Virus record (IMG/VR): IMGVR_UViG_3300047281_000124 | Strand: one strand, 5' to 3' | Length of the DNA stretch: 64,000 nucleotides | Origin: a virus | Lineage: Duplodnaviria > Heunggongvirae > Uroviricota > Caudoviricetes | Part shown: positions 24,705 through 34,946 of the stretch, piece by piece | Layout of the letters: the number at the start of each line of letters is the position of its first letter | How positions within the stretch are numbered: the stretch's first letter is position 1 | Made by a program: the position numbers and the translations under genes | Notes under the pieces: model-generated | What the model was told of the DNA's origin: nothing | What the model saw: only the letters and a program-made list of their open reading frames with translations | Databases searched by the model: none

Positions 24705-25440
24705 AAAAGCTAAAAAATGGTCTGACGAAACTGTTGCTCAACTCTTGGCTATCGCCGGAAGTTCAAGCCCCGTTAGCGTCGCGCGAGTTGAGCAAGCAGC
24801 CGAAACATTGGGCGTGACAGTACGTTCAGTGGCTTCCAAACTGCGTCAACTAGACCGTGAAGTTGCTTCAATGGCAAAAGAAAAAGTGTCCGCTTTTACA
24901 GCAGATCAAGGTCATGACCTTGCTGACTTCGTAAATGCTAATGCAGGCGCTTATACATATAAAGAAATCGCTGAACAGTTCAATGCTGGTTCTTTCTCTG
25001 CTAAACAAATCCAAGGTAAGTTGCTTGCCTTGGAATTGACTGGTAGTGTTAAGCCTGCTGAGAAAGTTGAAGCTGCTCGTACTTACTCCGAAGCTGAAGA
25101 AGCCACTTTTATCAAGATGGCTCAGAACGGTAAATTCATCGAAGAAATCGCTTTGACTTTAGGTAAAAGCATTCCTTCAGTGCGTGGTAAGGCTCTCAGC
25201 TTAACTCGTAAAAATCAGATCGATAAGATCCCAGCTCAGAAAGATAGCCACGCTAAGAACACTGTTGATCCAGTGGTTGCTCTTGGTTCTGCTATTGCTA
25301 CAATGACAGTTGCTGAAATCGCTGTTGCTGTGGACAAAACAGAACGTGGTCTGAAGACTTTGCTGACTCGCCGTGGTATTGCAGTTAAAGACTACGATGG
25401 CGCTGCTAAGAAAGCCAAAGCAGAAGCCAAAGCTGCTTAA
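24697..25440 (+). CDS. hypothetical protein
   Basis: 247-aa ORF. Confidence 0.4.
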   Translation: MTEKAKKWSDETVAQLLAIAGSSSPVSVARVEQAAETLGVTVRSVASKLRQLDREVASMAKEKVSAFTADQGHDLADFVNANAGAYTYKEIAEQFNAGSFSAKQIQGKLLALELTGSVKPAEKVEAARTYSEAEEATFIKMAQNGKFIEEIALTLGKSIPSVRGKALSLTRKNQIDKIPAQKDSHAKNTVDPVVALGSAIATMTVAEIAVAVDKTERGLKTLLTRRGIAVKDYDGAAKKAKAEAKAA

Positions 25441-25458
25441 TCTTCTAGATTAGATATA

Positions 25459-25492
25459 GGCCGGTAGTTCCCAGTAGCTACCGGCCTTTTTC
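25459..25492 (+). terminator. rho-independent terminator
   Basis: GGCCGGTAG...CTACCGGCC followed by TTTTTC. Confidence 0.7.
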
Positions 25493-25502
25493 AATTTATA
25501 CT

Positions 25503-25802
25503 ATGAAAATTACATTAACGTATTACGACACTGAAGCCCTTACTGCTGAAGAAGTAGTTAGACAAGCATCCCATAATTATGGTAAATCCGTTAAAGTAGA
25601 TATTATGCCTGAGAGTACTAAGCCTCATGACCTTATATACTTTGGACTACAGCAAATTATTACACATCAGCAATTAGGTTTACTATTTGATGATAAGTTT
25701 GGCTATCAAGCCAACATACAAAAACTTCGTAACGAGACTCTCTATAAGATACAGGAGATTCTTGACCAAGTAATTATTGACAATGAAAGTAAGGTAGTTT
25801 AA
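25503..25802 (+). CDS. hypothetical protein
   Basis: 99-aa ORF. Confidence 0.4.
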   Translation: MKITLTYYDTEALTAEEVVRQASHNYGKSVKVDIMPESTKPHDLIYFGLQQIITHQQLGLLFDDKFGYQANIQKLRNETLYKIQEILDQVIIDNESKVV

Positions 25803-27193
25803 TGGATATTAGCGCAGTTGTCATTAATAAGTTACTAACAGAGAAGAATCTAGATGTTTGGGCTAAGCTCAAGCTCGCCTTCCTTGACCCTGCCTATTCC
25901 TCGGTTTACAGCCTTATTACTAAGTACTATGATAAGTACAGTACTATCCCTTCGTTTGATGACTTAGACGCTGTGAGCAGAGAGGGGCTGGCGCAAAAGA
26001 CTCTAGCAACACTACGTCTAATTGATGAAACAGACATTAGTGCAGAAGTAGCTTTAGATGCTCTTATTGACCAGTACACTCAGAATCAAACTATCTTATT
26101 GCTAGACAAGTTTATTGATAAACTCCCTTTATACGATAGTACAGAAATTAAAGAAAATCTAGCTGGTATAGTACTAAGCCTAGATGAAAAAACTCTTACA
26201 ACCGAAGGCGTATACACCATGAGTGATATCATGGTTTTTGTGCGTCCTGATGAATTGGCTAAAAATCGTGTCCATCTGGGTCTTAATAATACTTTTGATT
26301 CTGTATTGGGCGGTGTAGCTCGACAAGAATTGATTCTAATTGGCGGTAAACGTGGTTCTGGTAAGTCTATTACTTGTAGTAATATTATGATTAACCAGTA
26401 CGAGATCGGTAATGCTAGTATCTATTTTACAATTGAGATGGAAGCCCATGAGACGCTACAGCGTAATATGAGTATTCTAGCTAATGTAAATCATCAGAAC
26501 TTAAAGAACGGTACGCTTACTGATGCAGAAATGCTACAAGTAATCAAAGCTCGTGCAGATATGTTTATGGACTCCGATAGGCTGGTAAAAGAGTTTGTCA
26601 AAGACCGCGACCCATTTAAGTTTGAAGAATCTTTAGTACGCGAATGTGCACTAAAAGAGACTAACCAGATGGTTATTGTTGATGATCGTGCCCTGACCCT
26701 AACCAGTATCGACTTACACCTTGGTAAGATGAAAGCTCGCTTCGGAGACAAGTTTACAGTTTGTGTAGTAGATTACTTAAATCAGATCGTTGTTGAAGGA
26801 GCTTCACAGTTCGATTGGCAGCCTCAGATCGTAATCTCGAAAAAGTTGAAAGAACTTGCTCGGAAGTACGAGATTGTAATGATCTCTCCTTATCAGATTG
26901 ATGATAAAGGTGAGACTCGCTTTGCTAAGGGTATTCTAGATGCAGCAGACATTGCTTTGCTAATGGAAGCCAATGCTAAAGAAGATAATGCTATGAGTTT
27001 CGAGACTACTAAGATTCGTGGTGCTAAGGAAATGAAATTCACTAGTGGCATGGATTGGGACACACTTCGTATTAGCCCTGTGTCAATCGAGAAGCCTGTA
27101 GCAGTAGAAAAAGAAAAGCCAAAAGATAAAATGAAACGCGCTGGTTCCGATAAGATTCAAGAAGGTGCCAGCGACCTACCTTGGGACGCATAA
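25802..27193 (+). CDS. DnaB-family replicative helicase
   Basis: Walker A GGKRGSGKS and the DnaB-like C-terminal domain. Confidence 0.7.
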   Translation: MDISAVVINKLLTEKNLDVWAKLKLAFLDPAYSSVYSLITKYYDKYSTIPSFDDLDAVSREGLAQKTLATLRLIDETDISAEVALDALIDQYTQNQTILLLDKFIDKLPLYDSTEIKENLAGIVLSLDEKTLTTEGVYTMSDIMVFVRPDELAKNRVHLGLNNTFDSVLGGVARQELILIGGKRGSGKSITCSNIMINQYEIGNASIYFTIEMEAHETLQRNMSILANVNHQNLKNGTLTDAEMLQVIKARADMFMDSDRLVKEFVKDRDPFKFEESLVRECALKETNQMVIVDDRALTLTSIDLHLGKMKARFGDKFTVCVVDYLNQIVVEGASQFDWQPQIVISKKLKELARKYEIVMISPYQIDDKGETRFAKGILDAADIALLMEANAKEDNAMSFETTKIRGAKEMKFTSGMDWDTLRISPVSIEKPVAVEKEKPKDKMKRAGSDKIQEGASDLPWDA

Positions 27194-27364
27194 TGTCAGA
27201 TAATTTAAGTGTAATGTTACTTGCTATGCTAGGGTCGGAAGACCTTAGCCAGAAGTGGTGGGGTAGCCCTAATAAGGCTTTCGACGACCTCCGACCTTAT
27301 GACATGTATGCTACTGACCCTCAAAGAGTATACAACTACGTTTTCTCCTACTTACAAAAATAAT

Positions 27365-28216
27365 ATGTCAGATCCAGTACTAGAACTTCTTAAAGAAAAA
27401 GGCGTAGCCTTCTCAATCTCTGGGAAGGACTACGTTACTCAATGTTTTAATCCAGAGCATAACGACTCTAATCCTAGCTTTCGTATTGACAAAGCCACAG
27501 GCATAGCACATTGCTTTAGCTGTGGGTATAAGATGAACATCTTTAAGTTCTATGGGCTTCTTACTAATAACATCTCGATTCGCGTCGTGAAGTTGAAGGA
27601 GAAGCTCAAAGCTCTCAAGGAGAACACCAATGGACTTGACCCGCTTGACGGCGCCAAACCAGTCACTTCTGCGTTTCGTGGGATTAGTTCACAGACTCTT
27701 AAGCACTTCGGTGCATTTGATACTACTAGTGTAGAACAGATGGTAGATAGAATTATCTTTCCTGTTACTGATGTACGTGGAAAGACAGTTGCATACGTAG
27801 GACGTCATGCTATGAGTAATGGTAATCCTAGATATGTGAACTATCCTGCTGGTGCTAGTCTTCCACTGTTTCCTGCTCGCTTCCAAGAGCATCACCGCAA
27901 TATCGTATTAGTGGAAGGCGTATTTGATATGCTAAACTGTTACGATAAGGGTTTGAGGAATACAGTATGTACCTTTGGTACTTCAAAATTACTAAATGAA
28001 GTTCCACAGAAAATGCTTAGTTATAAAGTTATGGGTATCGAGAAGGTGTTCATCCTTTATGACGGCGACGAGGCAGGCAGAGAAGCCGCTAAAAAGATTC
28101 AACCCTTAATTGAAGAAGCCGGATTCATCGTGGAAATTATTAACTTGCCAGAAGGTACTGATCCCGGTATAATTACACAAGAAGACGTAAACAGTTTAAT
28201 AGAATACACCAAATGA
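27365..28216 (+). CDS. DNA primase (zinc-binding plus Toprim)
   Basis: C..H...CFSCG zinc ribbon and Toprim EGVFDML. The ATG at 27365 is preferred over the track's 27299. Confidence 0.65.
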   Translation: MSDPVLELLKEKGVAFSISGKDYVTQCFNPEHNDSNPSFRIDKATGIAHCFSCGYKMNIFKFYGLLTNNISIRVVKLKEKLKALKENTNGLDPLDGAKPVTSAFRGISSQTLKHFGAFDTTSVEQMVDRIIFPVTDVRGKTVAYVGRHAMSNGNPRYVNYPAGASLPLFPARFQEHHRNIVLVEGVFDMLNCYDKGLRNTVCTFGTSKLLNEVPQKMLSYKVMGIEKVFILYDGDEAGREAAKKIQPLIEEAGFIVEIINLPEGTDPGIITQEDVNSLIEYTK

Positions 28217-28390
28217 ATATCCAACAAATATACGATACACTTAATACACAGCAAAAAGAATTACATAATGCCGTTAACTCGCATAGTAATCGTAATAACT
28301 CAGCTTTCCAGATTGAAGCATTAGCACAGCAAATAGCTTATCTCGGTGGCGCTATTGCCTTAATCCTAAAAGCCCTTGGAGCCAAAACAC

Positions 28391-30676
28391 ATGAGTAAAA
28401 TTTGTATCATTGATAAAGCTCCTAGTCGTAACAAGTACGAAACATACTTTAACTTCGACTTTGAGCTTTTTCATATGAGTCAAGTTCCAATTACCAAGCT
28501 ACTCAAGAAAGATGTAGACTTAGATATTGATCTTGACCCATATGACTTCGTTATTCTAGTAGGTTCCGAAGCTGCTAAAGAGTATGCTAAGATTAGTTCT
28601 ATTACTAACTATGCCGGACAACTAATGCACGAGAAATTCATCTGCATTAGTAATCCGGCTATGCTGCATTTTAAACCAGAAGGTAAGCCTGACTTCCAAC
28701 GTGCCGTTGACCGTATTCATAAGTACATCGACGGTTCAGTAACAAGTGCTAAGTCTACAGGCGATTACCTAGGTATTATCCATTCAGTAGATGCTCTATG
28801 CTTTCTTACTCAAGTTTATGAAAAAGCAGAAGGCTTTGTAGCTTGGGATACTGAGACTACTTGCCTATATCCTCGTGATGGATATGTGTTGGGTCTTTCC
28901 ATGAGTTACAAATCTAAACATGGTGCTTATATTAGCACAGATTGTTTAGATGAGCAGTGTATGGATATGCTAGAAAAGATTATTAAGAAGTACCACGCGG
29001 TATTCCATAATATGAAATTCGACATTAAGATGATTGAGTATCATCTTGGACTGAAGTTTGATCGTAGTCGGGTTCATGATACTATGCTAATGCACTATGT
29101 ATTAGACGAGAATGACTCCCACGGCTTGAAGCCTCTGGCTTTAAAATATACAGACTACGGTGACTATGACTCAGAGCTAGATGCTTTCAAGAAGGCTTAT
29201 TGTGCAGCTAATGGAGTTTCTACGGATGACTTCACTTATGATCTTATCCCGTTTGATGTAATCTCCAAGTATGCTGCAATTGATACAGCGGTTACTATTG
29301 ACTTATTCTTTAAGTTCTGGCCTGCTGTTCAGAAGAATCTGAAGCTACTCAATGTCTACAACACATTGCTAATACCGGGTACATTGTTCTTGATGGACAT
29401 GGAAGAAGTAGGTATTCCAATTCATAAAGAGCGTATGGTCGCAGCTGAGGTCTACCTTGATAAGTGGATTCTCGAAGCTAAACAGGAAGTATATGCTTTT
29501 CAAGCAGTAAAGGATTTTGAGTCAGATGCAGGTATTATCTTCAACCCAAATTCAGTCCAGCAACTACGAAAAGTTCTATTCGACTATGTTAAACTTACAC
29601 CAACAGGTAAGAAAACAGGAACTGGAGCAATCTCCACAGACGTTGAAGTTCTTACAGAATTGTCTGAAGAACACCCTCTCCCTGCCGCTATCCTTAAAGT
29701 ACGGCAGTTAGGTAAAATCAAGAATACTTACATTAGTAAGATTCTTCCCGAGTTAGACAAAGATGAACGAATTAGAACAAATTTTAATCTTATTTTTACC
29801 ACATCTGGGCGTCTGTCCTCTAGCGGTAAGTTCAATGCTCAGCAGATACCGCGAGATGATCCAATCATTAAAGGATGTATCTCAGCTCCACCTGGGTACA
29901 AAATAGTTTCTCAGGATTTGGCAACTGCTGAGATGTACTATGCTGCTGTTCTTAGTGGCGATAAGAATCTTCAACAGGTGTTTATTAACAAAGGCGACTT
30001 CCACAGTACAATTGCTAAGATGGTTTTCGATCTAGTATGTGAGGTTGATGATGTTAAAAAGCTATTCGGTTCTATGCGACAGTCTGCAAAGGCTATTTCC
30101 TTTGGAATCTTATACGGGTCAGGGCCGCAAAAGGTTTCCGACACAGTTAGTAAAGCGACAGGAGAGTACTATGGTCTCGATCGAGCAAAGGACGATATTA
30201 AGTCCTATTTCGATAAATTTAGCAAACTTAAAGGCTGGCTTAAAACTCGTAAAGAGTTCATTGAAGCTAATGGCTATACTTACAGCTTCTTTGGTCGTAA
30301 GCGTCGCCTTGTCAATGTCTTTAGCTCGGACAAAGGGATCGCTGCTCACGAGGTTCGATCAGGTATTAACGCCGAGATCCAGTCAATCGCCTCTGACGTA
30401 AACTTATTAGCAGCTATTGATACTGCTAATGAAATTGCAGATAAGAAGTTAGATGCAAAAATCTTTATGCTAGTACACGATTCAATTGTGGCTTTAGTCA
30501 AGGACGAAGATGTGGTGGAATACTGCGAGATTCTAGCTAAGAATACACAAAAAGATCGTGGTTGCTCTATTAAAGGTGCTCCTATCGGTATTGACCAAGA
30601 AATAGGACAGGATTATAGCTTTGGAAAATTTGATAAACGCTACGAGCTTATCGGAGATAGTCTTTCCCATATTTAA
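28391..30676 (+). CDS. family A DNA polymerase with 3'-5' exonuclease
   Basis: Exo motif DTETT...YAAID; Pol A motifs RR.VNVF and LVHDSIV. The ATG at 28391 is preferred over the track's TTG at 28376. Confidence 0.8.
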   Translation: MSKICIIDKAPSRNKYETYFNFDFELFHMSQVPITKLLKKDVDLDIDLDPYDFVILVGSEAAKEYAKISSITNYAGQLMHEKFICISNPAMLHFKPEGKPDFQRAVDRIHKYIDGSVTSAKSTGDYLGIIHSVDALCFLTQVYEKAEGFVAWDTETTCLYPRDGYVLGLSMSYKSKHGAYISTDCLDEQCMDMLEKIIKKYHAVFHNMKFDIKMIEYHLGLKFDRSRVHDTMLMHYVLDENDSHGLKPLALKYTDYGDYDSELDAFKKAYCAANGVSTDDFTYDLIPFDVISKYAAIDTAVTIDLFFKFWPAVQKNLKLLNVYNTLLIPGTLFLMDMEEVGIPIHKERMVAAEVYLDKWILEAKQEVYAFQAVKDFESDAGIIFNPNSVQQLRKVLFDYVKLTPTGKKTGTGAISTDVEVLTELSEEHPLPAAILKVRQLGKIKNTYISKILPELDKDERIRTNFNLIFTTSGRLSSSGKFNAQQIPRDDPIIKGCISAPPGYKIVSQDLATAEMYYAAVLSGDKNLQQVFINKGDFHSTIAKMVFDLVCEVDDVKKLFGSMRQSAKAISFGILYGSGPQKVSDTVSKATGEYYGLDRAKDDIKSYFDKFSKLKGWLKTRKEFIEANGYTYSFFGRKRRLVNVFSSDKGIAAHEVRSGINAEIQSIASDVNLLAAIDTANEIADKKLDAKIFMLVHDSIVALVKDEDVVEYCEILAKNTQKDRGCSIKGAPIGIDQEIGQDYSFGKFDKRYELIGDSLSHI

Positions 30677-30689
30677 GATTGGTATTCAC

Positions 30690-30713
30690 AAGCCCCAGGT
30701 AGATCAGGGGCTT
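30690..30713 (+). other. 7-bp hairpin immediately after the polymerase stop
   Basis: AAGCCCC-AGGTAGATC-AGGGGCTT. Confidence 0.4.
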
Positions 30714-31181
30714 GTGTTCTACTATTACGAACGCGAGGAAGAAACCGATGAAGGTACACTTACCTCTACTAAGTATAAGATAGTAGATGATCGAAATCTG
30801 TCTGGTACGACCCTAAGCCGTCGCAGGCTACAGCTTACAGTAGAAGAAGTAAACCTAGCCAAGCTAGGGCAAGCCGTCTACTTCTTGGGCGATCTAGTAA
30901 AACTTGCTACAAGCGAGATATGGTTTATTGACAGCATGGGAAAGATATTCAATTATAAGAAGTCTACAAGAGCTCGACTAAAGTTCTATAAAATTTCTAA
31001 CTTGATTCCTATCCCAACTGGTGGTATAATTGTTGAAGCAGAGGGAGTTATGCAAAGATTCAAATCGCTTTATAAACCCACTCCTGATAAACTTTATGTA
31101 GGCTTGCTACACTTTGGAATGTCAGTAGTGCTTTACGGCTTCTACTCTGAAAAACACGATGAAACATGGAGAATGGTATGA
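30714..31181 (+). CDS. hypothetical protein (GTG start inferred)
   Basis: Coding-like frame continues from 30714; the first in-frame ATG is only at 30936. Confidence 0.3.
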   Translation: MFYYYEREEETDEGTLTSTKYKIVDDRNLSGTTLSRRRLQLTVEEVNLAKLGQAVYFLGDLVKLATSEIWFIDSMGKIFNYKKSTRARLKFYKISNLIPIPTGGIIVEAEGVMQRFKSLYKPTPDKLYVGLLHFGMSVVLYGFYSEKHDETWRMV

Positions 31182-31360
31182 TAGCAGCAGTTTGTGTAAT
31201 TCAAAAAAGCATTAAAGAGCGAGAAAAGGCGCTAGAGGGATTCGAGAGCGTGTACAAAAGGATTAAAGAGACTCTTATAGGCACTAGTGCATCAATAGAT
31301 GCAGTCTCTTTAGAGATATATGAACTAAAGCGAGCACTAGAAGTTATTAAAAATGCCTAA
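31166..31360 (+). CDS. hypothetical protein
   Basis: 64-aa ORF. Confidence 0.35.
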   Translation: MENGMIAAVCVIQKSIKEREKALEGFESVYKRIKETLIGTSASIDAVSLEIYELKRALEVIKNA

Positions 31361-32645
31361 AGCAATACTTTCAAACCGAATATACCTAGATGCTACCCCT
31401 GAGTTAATCTATACTTTAACAAAAGCTCTCACTTATAAAATTAAGAAAAATATCCCTGGTGCCACACACTTCTCTCAATTTGAAATTATTAAAAATTATA
31501 AATTGATAGGCAAAAGTGTTATCTCCATTCCAATCGGTAGACAGGATTTAATTCCTGCGGACTTTGAAGTCATTGATAAACGGAGTTTACATGAATTGCC
31601 ATTTCCAACTCCAAAATTGGATTTGCGTGAATCACAACAAGAAGTGTTTGACCAAGTAGATGATACTTGTTTTATTAATGCGATGGTGGGTTGGGGTAAA
31701 ACTTACACGGCATTGCATATTGCTCGTAAGCTAGGTCAAAAGACTCTAGTAGTATGTCACAATACTATGCTACGAGATCAGTGGGGCGAAGACGTTGAGA
31801 AACTCTTTGGAATGAAAGCTGGAGTAATTGGCTCCGGCCACTTTGATATTGACCATAGCATTGTAGTGGGTAATATTCAAACACTAACCAAGATGATACC
31901 TCAGATTGCTAAAGAGTTTGGTACAATCATTATTGATGAGGCACACCACTGTCCTGCCACTACTTTTACTGCTTTTATTGACGGTATGTACGCTAGATAT
32001 AAAATTGGCCTTAGTGGTACTATGATGCGTAAAGATGGTAAGCACATCTTATTCAAAGACTTCTTCGGCCCTAAGCTGTATCAGCCTCCTCAGTCTCATA
32101 CGCTAGTACCTACCGTGCGTATCGTAAAGACCGGAATTGCCCTGGCACAGGGCGAACCTTGGGTCAAGAAGATGAATATTCTTCTTTATGATCCAGACTA
32201 TCAGAAGTTCATTGCTCATGCTGCTCGTATGCAGATTGAGCTAGGACATAAGGTACTAATTATCGCTGACCGTGTAGAATTTTTACAACAAGTAGGAGAA
32301 TTAATTGGCGAAAACTGTGTGTGCATTACTGGTGGTACAACCTATGAAGAACGTACAGAGCTTAAGCGACAGATCGAAGAAGGTGAAAAAGATTGCATTG
32401 CTGGAAGCCGTCAAATCTTCTCCGAGGGTATCTCAATCAATATCCTTAGCTGTGTCATCTTAGCTGGCCCAATTGCTAATGATGCTTTACTAGAACAGAT
32501 TATTGGCCGCATTCAACGTATGCACGAAGGCAAACTCTCTCCTCTAGTAATAGATATGAACTTTAGTGGTGCTAGTGATCGCAAACAAAACCGTGATCGA
32601 CAGGCGTTTTATGCTCGTAAGGGTTGGGAAGTACAGGGATTATAA
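31353..32645 (+). CDS. SF2 DEAD/DEAH-box helicase
   Basis: Walker A GWGKT and DEAH box IIIDEAHH. Confidence 0.7.
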   Translation: MPKAILSNRIYLDATPELIYTLTKALTYKIKKNIPGATHFSQFEIIKNYKLIGKSVISIPIGRQDLIPADFEVIDKRSLHELPFPTPKLDLRESQQEVFDQVDDTCFINAMVGWGKTYTALHIARKLGQKTLVVCHNTMLRDQWGEDVEKLFGMKAGVIGSGHFDIDHSIVVGNIQTLTKMIPQIAKEFGTIIIDEAHHCPATTFTAFIDGMYARYKIGLSGTMMRKDGKHILFKDFFGPKLYQPPQSHTLVPTVRIVKTGIALAQGEPWVKKMNILLYDPDYQKFIAHAARMQIELGHKVLIIADRVEFLQQVGELIGENCVCITGGTTYEERTELKRQIEEGEKDCIAGSRQIFSEGISINILSCVILAGPIANDALLEQIIGRIQRMHEGKLSPLVIDMNFSGASDRKQNRDRQAFYARKGWEVQGL

Positions 32646-32725
32646 GCATTGCTTGAAATTGATTAAAAATTTTACACTTGTACTTCATTCCGTTTTTTGA
32701 TATAATAGTATTCTCCAAAGGTAAT

Positions 32726-33100
32726 ATGGCTCTCTTCTTTAACCTACAAACTTTAGAGTCCCAATCTGATAATGACTCTAATAAGTTTATGGCTATGTTA
32801 GAGTACCATTTCTCAAAGAGACTTCCTTCAAAATATTCTAAGTACAAACCTTCTAAAGTCTCTTTAGCTGGTGGAAGTTATTTATTAAATCCGGCTGATT
32901 TGTTTAGCGACAAGTCTACGGATATATTATTTAAAATCCAGTACGTTAAGTTAGCCGGTCGTAGAGATTATAGCCTTTATAAGCTATACCGATATAAAGC
33001 TCTACAGCTCTCGTATTATCCCGATATATTACTAGATGTAATTAAACACAATCCGTTATTAAACATAACACAATCAGAAATACTCTTTAAATATGAGTAG
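32726..33100 (+). CDS. hypothetical protein
   Basis: The ATG at 32726 follows a promoter and an RBS AAAGG. Confidence 0.4.
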   Translation: MALFFNLQTLESQSDNDSNKFMAMLEYHFSKRLPSKYSKYKPSKVSLAGGSYLLNPADLFSDKSTDILFKIQYVKLAGRRDYSLYKLYRYKALQLSYYPDILLDVIKHNPLLNITQSEILFKYE

Positions 33101-33130
33101 TATTCTTTAATTTTAAATAAAAGGCAAATC

Positions 33131-33766
33131 ATGGCATTAGCATTCTCAGCAACTAAAGGCAAAGCAGTTAAAAATTCTCACGAGTCTTACGCATACAAAG
33201 ACGGTGAAAATACAGTTCGTATCGTAGGCGGTATTCTGCCACGTTATGTTTACTGGCTCAAAGGTAGCAATAACAAAGATATTCCAGTTGAGTGCTTGGC
33301 ATTTGACCGTGAAAAAGAAAAGTTTACCAATGCCGAAGTCGATCACGTTCCAGCTTTCTTCCCAGATAAGAAGTGCTCATGGAGCTACAGCGTTAACGCT
33401 CTAGTCGATGGTAAAGTAGTTGTTCTAAATCTGAAAAAGAAGTTGTTTGAGCAGATTTGCTCTGCTGCTGAAGACTTGGGCGATCCTACAGATACTAAAG
33501 AGGGTTGGGATGTAGTATTCAAGCGTCAAAAGACCGGCCCACTGCCGTTCAATGTTGAGTACACTTTGAGTGTATTGCGTTGTAAAAAGCGTGCTCTCTC
33601 TGCTGCCGAACTGGCTGCTGTAGCTGAAGCAATCACTATTGATGCTAAGTTCATTCGTGCTACTCCTGAGGAAGTTAAGACTACTCTAGAGCGTATTACC
33701 GCAGGTGCTGAAGAAGAAGAATCTTCGGGTACTGATGCAGAATCTGTAGCCGATCTTTCCGCCTAA
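33131..33766 (+). CDS. hypothetical protein with an acidic C-terminal tail (possible ssDNA-binding protein)
   Basis: C-terminus EEEESSGTDAESVADLSA. Confidence 0.35.
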   Translation: MALAFSATKGKAVKNSHESYAYKDGENTVRIVGGILPRYVYWLKGSNNKDIPVECLAFDREKEKFTNAEVDHVPAFFPDKKCSWSYSVNALVDGKVVVLNLKKKLFEQICSAAEDLGDPTDTKEGWDVVFKRQKTGPLPFNVEYTLSVLRCKKRALSAAELAAVAEAITIDAKFIRATPEEVKTTLERITAGAEEEESSGTDAESVADLSA

Positions 33767-33775
33767 ATAACATCA

Positions 33776-33806
33776 GCCCCTCATAGAAATATGCAGGGGC
33801 TTTTTG
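33776..33806 (+). terminator. rho-independent terminator
   Basis: GCCCCT...AGGGGC followed by TTTTT. Confidence 0.65.
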
Positions 33807-33810
33807 CACT

Positions 33811-33993
33811 ATGAAAAACACTATTAAAGAATTATTAAAAAAGCAACGAGCAGCCGAAAAAGTCGTTACTAATTATAAAGAAGCTGTAGAAGCATTGCAA
33901 GAAGTGTGTGAGCATGACTGGCAGTATGAAGGGCATGGCCATAATGATAGTCTGTATATTTGTAATATATGCAATAAAGAGGAATGGCGATGA
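33811..33993 (+). CDS. small zinc-ribbon protein
   Basis: CEHDW...CNICNK. Confidence 0.4.
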   Translation: MKNTIKELLKKQRAAEKVVTNYKEAVEALQEVCEHDWQYEGHGHNDSLYICNICNKEEWR

Positions 33994-34946
33994 AAGTTCT
34001 ATTCACAGCGGATTTGCACATTAAGCTAGGTCAAAAGAATGTGCCAGTTGAGTGGGCTAAACGACGATACGAAATGTTTATATCACAGCTATCAGTACTT
34101 CAAAGAGATTGCGATCTTTTAGTACTAGGTGGTGATGTTTTTGACCGTATGCCTACAATGGATGAACTAGAAGTTTACTTTGACCTAGTAGCATCTATCT
34201 CCATCCCTTGCATTATCTATGCAGGAAATCACGAAGCTTTGAAGAAAGATACTACATTCTTTACATATCTAAAGAAAAGTACTACTAGACTTAATAAGCT
34301 GGTCACAGTCATTGATGACTATCATAGCATTGATAATATGGACTTTATTCCGTATAACAAGCTAAAGGAGTTTGAAAAAGCTCCACACCTAACACACGGT
34401 AATATCTGCTTTACTCATGTACGCGGAGAAATACCACCACACGTTAAGCCAGAAATGGACTTAGACTTGTTTAACCGCTGGGATGTTGTTCTAGCCGGAG
34501 ACTTACACAGTTATGAAAATTCTCAACGCAATATACTCTATCCGGGCAGTCCTTGTACTACTAGCTTTCACAGGAATGTGGTGGATACTGGCGTTATTAT
34601 CCTCGATAGCGAGACGCTTACGCACTCTTGGGTTAAACTCCAACTCCCGCAACTAATACGTAAGACTATTCAGGCTGGAGACGATATGCCTGCTACAGAT
34701 TATCATCATACAATCTATGAGATTGAAGGTGATATGGCTGAGTTAGGTGCTTTAGCTGATAGTAGCTTAATCGACAAGAAAGTTGTTAAGCGTGAGACTG
34801 ATACAGCTCTAATACTTGACCCTAAAATGACGATACAAGAAGAAGTTAGAGAGTACCTCTCCTACATTCTTCAATTGTCGGATAATACAGTAGAAGACGT
34901 ACTTCAGGTATTAAATAATAATATGAATAAGATTGTCGTAGAATGA
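33984..34946 (+). CDS. SbcD/Mre11-like nuclease
   Basis: TADLHI and GNHE metallophosphoesterase motifs. Confidence 0.7.
   Translation: MAMKVLFTADLHIKLGQKNVPVEWAKRRYEMFISQLSVLQRDCDLLVLGGDVFDRMPTMDELEVYFDLVASISIPCIIYAGNHEALKKDTTFFTYLKKSTTRLNKLVTVIDDYHSIDNMDFIPYNKLKEFEKAPHLTHGNICFTHVRGEIPPHVKPEMDLDLFNRWDVVLAGDLHSYENSQRNILYPGSPCTTSFHRNVVDTGVIILDSETLTHSWVKLQLPQLIRKTIQAGDDMPATDYHHTIYEIEGDMAELGALADSSLIDKKVVKRETDTALILDPKMTIQEEVREYLSYILQLSDNTVEDVLQVLNNNMNKIVVE

Noticed and set aside
27181-27363. 60-aa ORF between the helicase and primase
   Set aside because: It is not clearly rejected but is too weak to call. It overlaps the helicase stop and may be the true primase N-terminal extension or a small gene. 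Left unannotated.
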